Shown here: in pieces, positions 11,770 through 25,347 of the stretch
Layout of the letters: each line of letters begins with the position of its first letter
Position numbering within the stretch: the first letter of the stretch is position 1
Origin: Styela clava
Lineage: Eukaryota
DNA length: 64,000 bases
Direction of reading: 5' to 3'
NCBI RefSeq assembly: GCF_964204865.1
Contig: NC_135253.1
Span: 4,960,001 to 5,024,000 of the forward strand
The notes under the pieces: model-generated
What the model was told of the DNA's origin: nothing
Databases searched by the model: none
Seen by the model: the letters and a program-made list of their open reading frames with translations, nothing else
Translations under genes and position numbers: made by a program

Positions 11770-13109
11770 TCTTCATGATGTTGAATGTTTACAGTGATAG
11801 TAGTATAAGAAAAACAAACAAACAAGCAACTTTTTTGATTCAAAATCTTGATTCAAATCTTTGTTTGATTATTTAAGAGAAAGATATTTTTCATTGATCA
11901 GTATATCTATGTTTTAATACAGAGTGAATATTTAAACTAACCAAACATATTTTTATCCTTTAATTCAACAAAATTTATGAATATTATTTGGTGTTATTCT
12001 TTCTACTATCATGTCATACATGCTGCTTTGCATCCGAGTATTTTTCGGAATAATAAAAGCTGGAACACAGTTTTGTATGATTTTTTTCATTCAGTGAATC
12101 AGATTATTTTTCCGATAAAACAAATGCTTTAAAGTTGCGCTATTTCAGTTTATTGCGCAGCTTTGTTTGTGATATTTTGCATCGATATCGAAAGAATGGT
12201 TGTCGTAAATCAGGGGCGATTATTCACCGTCGGGATTGGTGTCTTTAAATTTCAAGAAAGCCGGATAAGTTGTAAATTTGGAATTGAACGGAAATAAATT
12301 GCAAAAGTGTTATTGTTAATAGTAGGGTAATTTCGCACAAGTTGACTCTTTGGTGTAGTCAATGCATTTATATATTTGAAAAATTCTTTTCCTAGGCTAT
12401 TTCCCAACAACAATAGCAATTTAGCAAAACAATCCTTGTTTACACATCGTGCCTTATACACCCTATCCAAATGTAGACGATTTTATCCTGAAAACTATGT
12501 TACACTGCAAAAAATTAAAAACAAATAATTCGTATTGTTCTGGAACAACTCAAATGTCACCGGTGAAAACCCGGAAATCTACGTTATTCGGGGATTGGAA
12601 GTTAATCCGAATCAAAATCCACTTTTCAGCTTGACGTATCGTTTCGAATAAAACCTCTTGCTAGCATATAGATCAAGATCGACATCAGGGTTCCGAGTTT
12701 AATATAAGCGGACGAACCATTGCACAGTCGTTTATATAAATTCTTAATTCCAAACAAGAAGAGGTTTAAATTTTCGAGCTTGATTTCCTAAAGTTGGAAA
12801 CAAGTTCTTGCCAGGCTCCAAGGCCGAAAGATAGTGAATATTATACTCTTTGACTACATAGTGACTAGTAGAAATAGCATTTATTATAGAGATACGAAGT
12901 TTTTTTTTCATCTTCAAAATCCGAATATGCAACTTCGCTTCCCAATTTAACGAAAACTCCCGACTTTAGACCTAAATGCTAAACATTAGAATCTTGCGGT
13001 TTCCACAATACGTTAGGTGTCAGTGTAGCACAACAACGTACTTTGCAAAAATACCGGTTTTCCGTGCAATTTTCGTTTAATTTATCCGCGGCATATCGAC
13101 CCTCTACAA

Positions 13110-13285
13110 CAGGGGTAGGCAAGGTTTTAGGACCAAGGGCCGAACGAACATTTCGCCCACATACACTGGCGGGTCATGTAAGTGTGACGTAGAAAGTTAC
13201 ATTTTACGAACAATGTTTACAGTGTTACAATAGCAAAAGTGGATAACAATAAGCCTCGTGACAAAACTAAATTTCATTGCAATCC
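13110..13285 (+). mobile_element. 5' fragment of a hAT/Charlie-like MITE
   Basis: Starts caggggtaggcaa; 13178-13280 aligns by eye with 14383-14485 (gtaagtgtgacgta...gcaaaagtgga...aagcctcgtg.caaaactaaattt). Confidence 0.65.
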
Positions 13286-14318
13286 CAATCTCTTGCAGTT
13301 CTGATAATCAGTGGAAGTATATTTGCTTGATTGTATTTGCCAACTTCAATTCAAAAAAGATCAAATTTATTAAACATATTCAGTATACACTACTTGTTAT
13401 AATGCTGATTTTCGATGACGATGCCTTTCAGACCCGATTCTCGGATCTAAGATCTGATGTAATTCAACTGCCAAGTCTATTGATAAAAGAGGGTCTTCGT
13501 TCGCTTATCCATTACCACGTTTGCTCAAGAAATAATTTGAAATCGCTTGGGTGGTCCAGTATTGGTACACGGACGGTGGCCATTCATATATCACTTGATA
13601 TTAAGCAGATACAGAAGAAAAGAACTTTATTGGTTTTCATAAAGTATTTAACGTTGCCAACATTGAAGTGCCGCTAAACGGTTGAGGAACTTTGTCTAGT
13701 CATTATTCGAATAATAATCTGAGGTTCATTCAATTCCATTTGTATGTTTCCTACTGAGATCAATACTTGGTGGAGCGGATGTTTTTATTGGTCAGCTGGG
13801 AATGACGTAAAGTGGCAGCCAGTCCAGAAACGAAAACTATAATGGAGAGGGCATTGTTTGATGTGATAGTCTTTGTCTGTTTAAATCGTGTTATCTTTCC
13901 CTTCCCGGAGAAAAGCTTATTTTATCTTGCGATCGGCGAACGAACCCGAATGAACTATGTCAGCAGTGGAAAAAAGAATAGCTATTGAAAAATGAACCAT
14001 TACATATTAGGCTCGGCCAAAGATATGACCTTCGATAAACAGTGAAATTAGTCACGATTTAATAGAACGCCAGACTTGATTAGGCTAATTGTTGCGAGCT
14101 TATATGTATATTCGTAGCTATACTCTTCCAAATCCGGTCCTAACTTGGGTCTATACACGTAACGGTGTTGATTACGGTTGAAGAGCTCGGTGGACAATTT
14201 TGCGCGAGAGCTCGTGAAACGCCGTCAATAAGCAGATTAACCTGATTGCCACCATCCGCTGATGACAACAACGATATTCTCGTTCATTTACAAGTACCGG
14301 TACGTTGAGCATATATAT

Positions 14319-14608
14319 TAGGGGTGGGCTCGGTTTTTGGACATGCGGTCAAAAATTTTGCCAATCTAATCTGGTAAGCGGTGTAAGTGTGACGTAAAAG
14401 ATATATACATTTTATGAACAATATTTTAGTGTTACGAAAGCAAAAGTGGAAATCGATAAGCCTCGTGCCAAAACTAAATTTAATCGTGATCTCTACAAAT
14501 TCCTTGAGCTATATTTGGGTAAAACATTAAAATTTGGTTTTCGGCGGGCCAGATTGAATAACCCAACGGGTCGGATTTGGCCCGCGGGCCGTAGTTTGCC
14601 CATGTCCG
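14319..14608 (+). mobile_element. ~290-bp hAT/Charlie-like MITE
   Basis: Left end taggggtgggc; right end ggcccgcgggccgtagtttgcccatgtccg; flanks atatatat/gtatatat resemble an 8-bp TSD with one mismatch. Confidence 0.72.
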
Positions 14609-14948
14609 GTATATATATATATAAATGCCGTACTAAACGTTTTTATACTCTGAAATTCTAAACTTCTCCCTGACATATGAATGATTTTCTTCTTTAGACA
14701 TGTAACGACTTTAAGTCATACAGACTAAACATTTTAATCATTATACATTTAATCAAATACTTGAAAGCAAAGGTAATCAAATGTCATTTAATTTTGTTGT
14801 TTCAGTTGGACTCTTATAGAGGCAAGGTCAAAAAAAAAACTGCCCTAACACAGTATTATACATATAAAGCACTGTGGAGCATAAAGTATTTGCTCTTGGA
14901 TTTGTCAGTTGATTATAACTAAAAACAACAAAAATTTCAATGTGTGCC

Positions 14949-15610
14949 ATATCGCCGGATGAGAACAGAACAGGCCCAAGTCACAATTTTGAGTTTTGAG
15001 AAAAACGCAAAAAACAATTTGGAATTTTTTTATTTTTGAATTTCTAGATAATCACACTTAGTAAAGACCTGAGCTCTGGTTATTTTAATGTGGATTTGAA
15101 TAGCTTTGTAATCAATATTTTTTGGCACTTCAGCTTCAATTCCTTCCTGCTTTTTTACCCCCATAATGGACTTTGGCCCATTCTGTTCTCAACAACTTCT
15201 GAATTTTTTTGTATGGGATGCAAGGTAAAACAAGGTGACTTAGGCCTAAGTTGCACTGAAGAAATTTTTAGGAATGTAAGTTTCGGACATTTCATTTCTG
15301 ATGTTCATGCCCATCATATTGGAACTTGGGACTATCTTTTTTCAGTATTTTGGGGTTTTGAGCCATGCTCTACAAGGTGGTGGTCTTGAAATTCTGAATT
15401 TCATATTATTAAAAATTTTAGCTGGACTTAGGCCCATTCTGTTCTTAACTTCTACAGTCCTAAGTCCAGCTAAAATTTTTATTATTGAAAAATTAAGGAT
15501 TTCAAGACCACCACCTTGTAGAGGAGCATGGCTCAAAACCCCAAAATATTGAAAAAAGTGAATTTTGCAAAAATGTGACTTAGGCCCCTTCTGTTCTCAT
15601 CCGGCGATAT
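14949..15610. mobile_element. ~660-bp non-autonomous TIR element containing an internal ~220-bp palindrome
   Basis: atatcgccggatgagaacagaa..ggcc.aagtcaca at the left is inverted at 15575-15610. The motif gactt(a/t)ggcc(c)attctgttct recurs at ~15170 and ~15425. Inverted arms span 15336-15558. Confidence 0.85.
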
Positions 15611-18524
15611 ATAATTTTCAAGCGTGTTGTAAGCTGCGTTTCGAAAATTATACTTGATGTTTTCAATGAAATGTTTCGTAACATTCACTCAAAGAAATGC
15701 GGAGCCATCTAAAATAAAAGGCGCAGGTCTTTAAGATCTAGCCCGCAGTTACAGCGTCTACCAACTACAGTACACAAACACAAGATGTCCAGTTTTGTAT
15801 AGGTTTTCGTCCCATATTTGAATGTAGATGATGAAAGATTTTAGAACGTACAGTCGCGGTAGACTCTGTATCGTATAGTTCCTTATAGATATACTTGAGA
15901 GGCTTTTTGTACTTACATTTTTGTGAAGGAAACCAGGGCATTTTCACATAGTCCCGTTGGCGAGTCAGTGGTCATAATAAAGAAAAACGTATTCACGTGT
16001 ACAAAGGGTTAACGTGATTACAGCTGGACAATCGCGATGCGGAACGTTGACCATTACGACGCTATCACGTAACCAATTTGAATAGCTCAAGAAGCGTATG
16101 TTTACAAAAATATGACGTCATAAAACAGACACGTAATTGTTCGGTTTACGGCATAGATCAAGCAAGAAACTTAAGAGAGAAACTCGATATATCACTGGCA
16201 CCAATTTGGGAGATTGATATCAGGTTGGAAATATTATATTTTATCCTCTGGCAGACATGTACCACGCATAAACCTTGTCAAAAAAATAAAAGCAAAAACA
16301 AAGTCGAGGAAAGTTTAAACGGGTTCGTTGTCAGTCACGAAAAATCGTTGCGCCGTCAGCGTTTAATCGTATCTCGCCGGTTGATCTAAATATCTAGATT
16401 TACGACGCATAAGCGACTCGGTGCCTCTTATAGCCCTCGGTAAGTTGATCATGGTACTCATGTATGGCTATTCAATTGTGAGATTCTTTATTATTTCTGA
16501 ATATATAAAGATATACTTAAAAAAAACGAGAAATTTATTCAAAACTTGAAATGTATGTCATAGGTATAGTTATGAAAAGTTTCATTTTCTACTAGAAACT
16601 AAAAAGTATCAGTTATCGTAGTTTTATCGAATTTATTTGGGCAAATTGGAGATGGCCACGAAACATCCTATTTGAAAATGTGATAATATCAGAGACGTTC
16701 TGATTGCATATTTACACCTCTACATGAAAAATAGTATTGGGACAACAAATTTTACGCTGTTATTTTAGGCTTTGTGCTAAATTAGAGTGAATCAATTGAA
16801 GAAATTACATGCCTAATCACTGAAAGTACACGAGTCTATGCTGCTTCCTGGTGATACTGACGTCAAAAGGCAGTGTTTTGTAATTAACAGTAGATGGCGC
16901 TGTTGGATAAGAATTAGACTTTAAAATGGGACACCTAAGTGACTTCGAACACAATAGGCTTGGTTATTATTAATTGATATGACCCTTTTAATGATAACTT
17001 GAAAATAAAATCGGTTCATAACATTATGTTTGATTACATTCCTTGTGCAGAGTTAACATTTGCTATCCACCTGCTTCGTTTTACTGTGTCTCAGTCTAAT
17101 CATGTTTTGAAGTCTTAAATCTAGTTGTGCGAGACTAGAGATTATACAAAATTTGATGAATCTGGTATATTGCAATAAAACATATGAGCTCATTTCTTAC
17201 TCATGATTAATATATTCTATTTTTGAGTGAATATTTTTGAACTTTCAAACATAAAGCTATACGCCGTTACAACATTAAATTATGGCGCTTCTGCAATTAT
17301 TGCTAAAACATCGTGTGGGAGATGTTTTCGAATTGTGTGTTATACTCGCCCAAACTGTGTATGTTTGAATGCAGATTAGTGTCAACGAAGACACTAGTGA
17401 GGGAATCTCTAATCCCTGAATACCTTACACGAGCCAACTCGGGCATTAGGAGATAACTAATCCCGCGATCGCCAAAGGAATATATGAGTTTAGTTATTGT
17501 ATTTTCATATCGAGTTTTAAAACGAAACACCCAAGTAATATGGAAAATAATTAGCAAAATTATATGAAGTAATCGTCATCGTTCTCCAGTGGAAAACACT
17601 CGATTTGATAAACTGTTAATTTTGGATCTGACTGAAAACCAAAGGTGTTTGTTTTTAGACTGTGCTCAGAATTACGACATATGATTAAATTTAAACAATT
17701 TTATCCAAGCGTAAGTGTTAGAAAATTTCATTCGCTCAAATTCGATATACCTTGTATGGCCATATGTAAAATGAGTTTGATGTACACATATAACATTTGC
17801 CCATACTTGACTGTGACATAAGTGCGAAAATAACCAGCAGAGCCCGTCTATAACGATACGCAGCTGATGGTTAGTTAAATAGGTTAGAAAAACATTGGCA
17901 TGAATTCGCCTGTCGGATTTAAGATGATTTATTTGTTCGAATGCCTTCAGTGTGTTTTGGTTGAATTACTTTGTTTTTATTCGGTGCTTATTGTGAATGA
18001 CGACTTGAAAATAGAAAGAAAGAGATTTAGCGATGGCGACGCTTTAGAGAGGGGTCTCAACCGTGTTAAAAGCATAAACAGCTTTCGGACTGAAATCCCC
18101 TCAGTAATTGACACGAGACAACCGCCCCGACTCTGCATCACTACAGAAAGGATTTATATGCACCAGAGCAAAGAAACGTTTGGCTTTTAAAATGGATTTG
18201 TGTCATCCACGAGAAATCCCCTTGCACTATAAACCTGTCGAATCTTGCTTCATACGAATCCTCCAATCATTCACCTAAAGTATTAGAATTATCCCAACTC
18301 AGAGTCTAAATTAAAGAAAATGTTCGCACAAAAGAACCGCGTTCTAATTCTTTCCAAGAGAGTCGACTCATTTTCGATGTACTTCAAAACATCTACTACG
18401 ATAAAATCAGAAGATCCGAGGTTCGACTACAGCTTTATTTTTAATCAAACAGCAATAATGCAACTTGAAGTGGGTAACGATAACTAGAACTCAAAACTTT
18501 CATAAACTAACTTAAACAGCACAA

Positions 18525-18568
18525 CACAACAGACAAACATGTCTGTCACAACAGACAAACATGTCTGT
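18525..18568 (+). repeat. 22-bp tandem duplication of a quasi-palindrome
   Basis: cacaacagacaaacatgtctgt x2. Confidence 0.9.
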
Positions 18569-21500
18569 TGGATACCACAACGCAAGTCGAGTGTTCTTGT
18601 CCCAACCAAAACGTGGCAGACGAAACGTTCCTGTCTTTGCGTTCGGCGGCAATCATCATCAGAGTAATAATAAAATCACAAAAACAAACAGAAAAACAAA
18701 AGGGTAAACAACACATGGAAAAATCCTATCACAGTTGCATTTGGGCAACACGACTGTGCATCAGATATACTTTCGTTTAGAATTAATTTGCCTAATTTTA
18801 AACTCAATTTGAAATGACATGGTGAATAAAAGGTTTAGCAGGCATAACAATGTTTCAAATTAAATCATTTATTACGATCATTTAAGTCGATACTGCACGA
18901 TGAATGTTGTTGATAACGTTAGCTTAACGTATGTAACATATTCTACGCTTAGTTCATACTGTCGCCAATCCTGTTCGTATTAAATCGAATCTTTCCGCCT
19001 CTTTTTCAAATTAGAATATCCTCTGTCTGATAATTACATTTCCAACAATGGTCCATAGATAGTATAAGTAGTGATTTATCTAAGTCCCGTACGTGGCTAT
19101 GATTTTAGCAGCCTTGGCTCTGAGTCCAAATTGATCATTACGGTCAACATAGAATTAGATTTGAAATGCGATATGTCGACTACGTGACCTTTGACTGGGT
19201 GGTTTAGGTCATCGAGTGAAGACAGTCGTGCTTTAAGTCTACGTGGAACCAAATGTCAACTTTCAATAATATGTAATCAAGTTTTGGCCAAAACACGAAA
19301 GCTTTACTTCTTGGAATAAGGTAACAAATTAATGGAAAAATTGCTCCGTTTGTGACGGGCTTATTACCTGTTGTTGCGTTCCATCTCATGCGCCTAGCAC
19401 ACCAAATTACTGCTGCTACGACTACCGTCTTTCATAACCACAACAGCTTTGTTGCTTTATCATCCAACAATTGTAATGTAGCTATATTACAGCTTAGGGT
19501 AACAGCTTAAGTCTCAGGCGATCGCATTTTGGTGGGGCCTGTAACTTTCAACACTTCTAGGATTTCAAATTAGAATAAAAACATATTATGAGAACGATAG
19601 GTTATAGAGTATATATATAGACCAATACTTTTTAACATAAAAGGTGCTTCTGATTAAGGCGGGCCCAATTATTCAGATAATCTTCCTCCCTACAACTAAA
19701 TTATCGCTGTATATGCGTACATGTAATATAGTATGCAAAACAGAAATGGAAATGAAATGAAAATTAAAAATTTCTAAACAAATTTAGCTTTTATTCAATT
19801 TCCCGTCGCAGTTGATAAGCAGAAACAAAGATTAATGCACGAGTCGGTTGGGTGGCCTTGGTTATGCAAATTTCAAAACAGTTGACAGTTTTTAGGTTAC
19901 AGGAGTTCCTCTCCCGGCAGCGTCGACTTGACTTATTTCCATTCTCGTTTCATTGGTATTGATTCATCATATCACGAATGAATTTTTATATAATACTATA
20001 GTAGAGTATCAGAATACTTCCCATCTTTGATGAGGGCTCGTGAACTCACTAAAAGAAACGGGAAGAAAGTACGTTCATGACAGTTTAATCCACACAATTT
20101 CTTACACTTGGCTTATGAGGGCCTAAAGCTAGTTGGACGTGGGTTGAGCATTTTTTTTTTGTATATTGCAACAACAACTCGATATAATAGGCTACGTCGA
20201 ATTTAAAATATTTCGGGCTCTTCATATGCCAGTTGCATTTCAGTGGCGGTACAGTATCTAGTGCAATGTAGGGAGTTTAAATCAGTTTGTCGTGATGGAA
20301 ATTAAAGCATTTGCATGAATTTTTAAATTACTTTTTCCCGCGTTACTAATATAGATTTATTATTGAGATATTTCTTCTCCCTTCCAACATTTTTATTTTC
20401 AAAATGAGAAAATCACAATAACATTTCACTATCTGTAGCATTGTTCTACCAACCTTTTCATTTGAAAATAATCTATGAGGCTTAAGTTTTGCCATTATTA
20501 CCAAAATCCGACTGACCGATCACACAAATAGGCGATCCAAATCCGGAAAATTGACAAAAAACGATACCGGCATGTGCGTCACAGCGCCAAATACGCCCAG
20601 TTTAGAATGATAATTCTTTGATATGGCACCCATTCGACGTCACGACAAGAGCCGTAATCGCTCAAAGTGGTCGGAAAACGGTGTCTTTATCAATCAACAT
20701 TACTATGCCGGTGGAAAACGATATTGCACATAAAGCAAACGTGGTCCTCATGATGAAGAAATATTATCGCTTTCACCAGTATAAATATATAAATTAGAGC
20801 GTTTATAGTTTGGAGCAGCTTGTTTTGAGCAAGTATCAGCCAGAGATGGGCGAGCTTTAAATGTAAATTCATAAACTCATATACCGTTTGCATAGTCAGA
20901 AAATATTCTCCTTTTTAGAGACGCTTAAGAATTGGCCATTTGTGGCTCATGCTAGAAAATGTTAAAATTCTCGATTTAGGAATACTCTCGATTTCAACGA
21001 ATTTCATGAAAACCACAAAAATGATTAATTTTAAGATAAAAATAAACCAAAAAATTTATCTTGATGGAGTACACGATAAAGATGTTTTGATATAGCTATC
21101 ATCTAAACCGTTTCTCCTTGAATTATTTTTGACCAAACCCCGAAGAGATTGATAAAGCGATTTTCTGCAAAATTGACACAAAAACACGCATTTGCCAAAT
21201 TATACAAAAGCTAAACCGGAAAACACTTTTATTAAAAAAATATTTTTGAAATTGATGGATGACCTAAGAATCCAATTAAAACTGTTGTTTTCGTCAACGA
21301 AAATGATCGATTAAATTACTTTCCAAAGGTAAGGAGAAAAAATTTAGTTTTATGTATTTCCCTTTACTTTTCACGCGGGAATCACTTCGTTATATCGGAA
21401 GTTCACAATTTTCGACAACAAGTATATTTAAATAACACTAGTCAACCCAATACGACACATCAACGCAAACGGAAGTGCTCAACTCAAAAAATCTATTTCT

Positions 21501-21751
21501 ACGACTTTTTCGGTCCATGGTGAGCGTTTAACCTTCCCCTCACCGTCCAATCGCAGTTGAACAAACAAAAAGTGATAACAAAATAAGTTGAAAGGAAACA
21601 CTAAAGATCCTATTCCATATATAACATGATGTAAGCTATCGTTATGGCTCCCAAACCGGCAACACTGGTATATGCATACTATTAGCGTATCTAGAGGTTT
21701 GTAAGTAAGCGACACAGAATATCGTGTGCCTTGGATACGTGCTTGATTCGG

Positions 21752-21958
21752 TACTCCCGTAAACGTAGTGTGTGTACCAGGTTAGATCCTAATTTTATTC
21801 CGATTTTTCTCATTTTAGTTCTATTACGAGCTCGGGGACTGTCTGTGTTAGCCAACTGAATACACCCCCTACCCATAGGTTTAAGTCCCTTTACACAACT
21901 TGGTGTAGGCGAATAAAATTAGTCACCTCCATATTGGTACACACACTTCTGGAGCGCC
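21752..21958 (+). mobile_element. ~205-bp interspersed repeat with subterminal inverted repeats (MITE or non-autonomous Helentron-like)
   Basis: gtagtgtgtgtacca ... tggtacacacacttc; a full-length homologue lies in the opposite orientation at 58129-58336. Confidence 0.85.
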
Positions 21959-22329
21959 CTTTATTCAACATTTCAAAGAATGTTGTTCTCTAACCAATTC
22001 GAATATGAAAATAGCCAGTGATCGCAAATTAGTGCATTAGAATCTACTTGAATGTTGATATTATATGGAGTTATCACATAAAAAAGGGAGGGTATAAAGT
22101 TCATAATATTAGTCGCATTCGTTTACAAAACAAAATATCGTCGATATATTTTTTGAATGAATCGGCAACGCAATTCGTAGCAAGAATTCACTAAATAGCA
22201 CTATTATTCTTCGAAACGCGTCTCGTAGATTTTTATTTTTATTTTTTAGTGGCAACAATTAATTTCGACAAAAAATTAAAAAAAAGGACCGACTATCAAA
22301 ATTTGTTATGTATATCGGTTTTGAATAAG

Positions 22330-22346
22330 CCCCCCCCCCCCCCCCC
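22330..22346 (+). repeat. C17 homopolymer
   Basis: 17 consecutive C. Confidence 0.95.
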
Positions 22347-22352
22347 AACGGA

Positions 22353-22432
22353 TGCAAAAATGTGAGATCTGAGAAAACACCCCAGCCACGTTTTAAAATA
22401 ACAACTCAGTATTACCCAGTTAGGGCTAGGGT
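22353..22432 (+). mobile_element. Fragment of an interspersed repeat shared with 34112-34190
   Basis: tgcaaaaatgtgagat..gagaaa..cacccagccacgttttaaaa.aacaa...agtatt..ccagttaggg.tag is found at both loci. Confidence 0.75.
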
Positions 22433-24637
22433 TCTAGGATTCGAACATTTTGAAGTTAACTTCAAATTTTTGTTAAATGAATTTTGGTGCTTAATTAAGA
22501 ACTGAATCAATCCACTGTCATTTACTGACAAACTTGATTTTCACCCATTTTTTTGGTATTGTAATTCGAACAACAAAAATGAAGTTATTATATGTCTGTC
22601 AAACAGAATCTCTATGATGCGACTGAAGTGTATACTCCTCCACTCCACCCAACTTCATGAAGATTGAAGTTTTGGGTTGTCCATGTATGATAAATACATT
22701 TTGGGATCTGTTTTCTACCATTCATCGCCAAAAACAAATGGAATGGTGTGCGACTAATTTACGACGAGAGAGAATGTTCTTAATGTCGCCTGGTTGTAAT
22801 ACTATAACCAGGTTGTTGACAAAACTAGGATTTCGAGTCCTCTGTGACACGGTTCATTCCATCTGAAGGGAAATCAAGAACGTGCTATTTCCTGTTTTGT
22901 TACAATTTCTGAGATATCTCGTGGAGTAGTATTTCCACTTCAAAATTGTGCTAAGGATTTTTTTTAAATGGTTCTCGTATGAGGCAGGTTTTCAAAACAA
23001 CACACACCGAAAGCTACATATATTAATTATACTAAAACGTGAAAGTCAAAATAGATCTATCTGTATAAAATAATGAAACAAAAACTTATCATAGGATTAA
23101 TTAAACAGCGAACGAATCAGGACGGTTGCGAAGCACAGATATGAGTCAAAAATAAACCCCAAAATACTTTGTTATTTTCGCAAAAACTAAAAATTTTGAC
23201 AAATATTCAAACTTGAGACCTGCCAATTCTGAAAGAGGAATAATAATAAAAAAATCTGGAAATAAGAGAACCTGCTTTATAAGATATACTTCCATTTGAA
23301 TTCGCAGCAGCGCGTTTTACTAAGCCTTCTATTTTCCCCCTCCCTATAGGTCTGATAATATTATTTGTAAATTATGAAAAAGTATTGAATAATGTTTCAA
23401 TTTAAAAATCACAATTGTAGCAAATTAATAAAAAATGACAAAACTAGTCGTATTTGACATTGTAATAAAGTTAAGCTGTTGTTGTTTTCACTGAAGAAAA
23501 TACAATTTAATCTTGTTTTTGTTATGATGCCACGCCGACCACTCTTGACGTTTTGGAATTTAATTATCTCGGATGTTGTATAGCAGTGTATATACCATAG
23601 AACCCTTTCCTGTTTTTTCATGAAAAAACACACGATCACGCATGCTTTTCGTCACGAAACTGCCAAACCGATACGGAAAAACAGTAAGGAATGTGAAAAA
23701 AGGTTTTTGACGTTTATCCGGCGAGATTTTTTCCACACGAATGCCCTTTTTATGCTATTTTTGGTACCGATGAAGAGATTTTGTACTGAGAGAGCGCACG
23801 GGTCCGTATATTTCGACCCGTGGGTCGTATGATCATGTGGGTGTTTCCGACACGTTGGTAACCCAATACTAGAATTGAGAAAAGTCTGTCTCAAACTTTA
23901 CTACTCAGACGTTCCACGTCATTCTATTTACTACGAAACACAAAAAGGAAGAAATTGGGAATTTTCGAAACCGTTGAATGAAGGAATTAATCAACATTAT
24001 TGACGCTATGGGGCTCATAGGCGTTCCAATATTTAAGATAACGTATATTACAATTTCCTGTAGGGATTGGTGATTTTTTAAGAGAGCAGATTGCGACATA
24101 ACTAGCCTGAGCAAAAAAAAAACTGAGACTTAATAGATGGATGCAACAGCCGCCAGGGTAAAGCTATCTTATTATCTTTCACGTAACCCAAAACCATTCA
24201 CAAAGTAAAAGATGCACATTTATCGTCCTGCTAAAGGTGGCTACTTCGGCTTTTGGGGTTTCGCTAAAACGGCAAATTAACCATTTACAGTTGTTCAAGT
24301 CACAACAGCTTATTAAAAGTCAAAGCTTTTTCAGTTTGAATAATAGTTTGGGATCTTTATACAAAAACAAATATCATGTCGACAACACACTTGGAAAAAT
24401 CAATCCGCTAAAATTTCATATTTTACCAAGCATAAACTTCGCAATGGATGTATTTACTTGCATGATTTAAAACGGTAATGGTAACCTCATAACGAAGCAA
24501 ACTCAAATGTTCGACGTTGATTAACGATAAATTTACATTGTTAACTGCGTTATTTCATTACAAGATGTTGAAAATCTGGCAACAAAGTTTATTTCTACAT
24601 TACGTTCGGCGGATCCAGTGTACAAAGCTGGTGACCG

Positions 24638-24820
24638 TACATTTGAACCCACGTACATTTGAACCCATGCGTATATCCGCGGGTTCAATCTATATGCGGG
24701 TGCTGAAACCCATGGGTTAGGGTTAGTATGGGTTCAAATATTCGTGAAAAAAAAATCCATAGGTGTAATGGTATGCAGGTGCAATTGTCGTGGGTTCAAA
24801 TGTACGTGGGTTCAAATGTA
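24638..24820. mobile_element. ~185-bp MITE-like element whose inverted ends are built from a doubled 16-mer
   Basis: (tacatttgaacccacg)x2 at left, (cgtgggttcaaatgta)x2 at right, gggttagggttag in the middle. Confidence 0.85.
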
Positions 24821-25347
24821 ATATAACCTACAAAGCTATTAATGCCGGTAGCGAGCTTCTCGCGGACGGACATCTAGCCGCAACCCGCTGGTTGCCGACC
24901 ACTGGCTTAAAAGACTATTTCGACAGTATATTCACGCGCAGCGAAATGGTCTACAATCAACAAAGTTTACATATCTAGTTCAGATGTGCTTAGATCAGTT
25001 AAAAAGAAGTGCTTTCCGTTAGATTGTTACTCCATACTTTGTGTTTTGAGTCAATTACAAACGTACAAACGGCTTTGATTAACGCGGTACGTGACAATCT
25101 CTTCTCACAATAATTCTGATACAACTGCGTCATTCTTCACTGACATAATAAGTACGAGTTAGTCACATTGTTCAGAAATTTGAAAACAAGTTCGTCATAC
25201 AATCTGAGGGATTATCTAGCGTTCAATCTACGGAAATATGGATTACGGGCCAAGATCCATCTTGGCACTAGCAAACTGGCCTATCAGTCTTGTAATTAAT
25301 ATAACTCGGGGTGCCTTGAATCGATTCCAGTCCTGTCAAACGTAGTC

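Larger units (their letters stand above)
1..12892 (+). repeat. Tandem segmental array of a ~5.5-kb unit: 1-5501, 5502-11003, and partial 11004-~12892; probably continues left of the window
   Basis: Sequence at 1 recurs at 5502 and 11004. ORF track entries repeat at +5501/+5502 (e.g. 1249/6750/12252; 4236/9738). Units differ only by scattered SNPs and small indels. Homology ends after 'ttattatagagat' (~12892, equivalent to ~1871). Confidence 0.98.

Noticed and set aside
13258-13677. 139-aa ORF next to the array
   Set aside because: GTG start inside a MITE fragment, no recognisable domain and no splice support.
15301-15552. Similar ORFs on both strands (ALQGGGLEILNF...)
   Set aside because: Artefact of the DNA palindrome.
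20888-20908. TTGCATAGTCAGAAAA, resembling miR-153
   Set aside because: No complementary arm to form a pre-miRNA hairpin, and the 3' half diverges.
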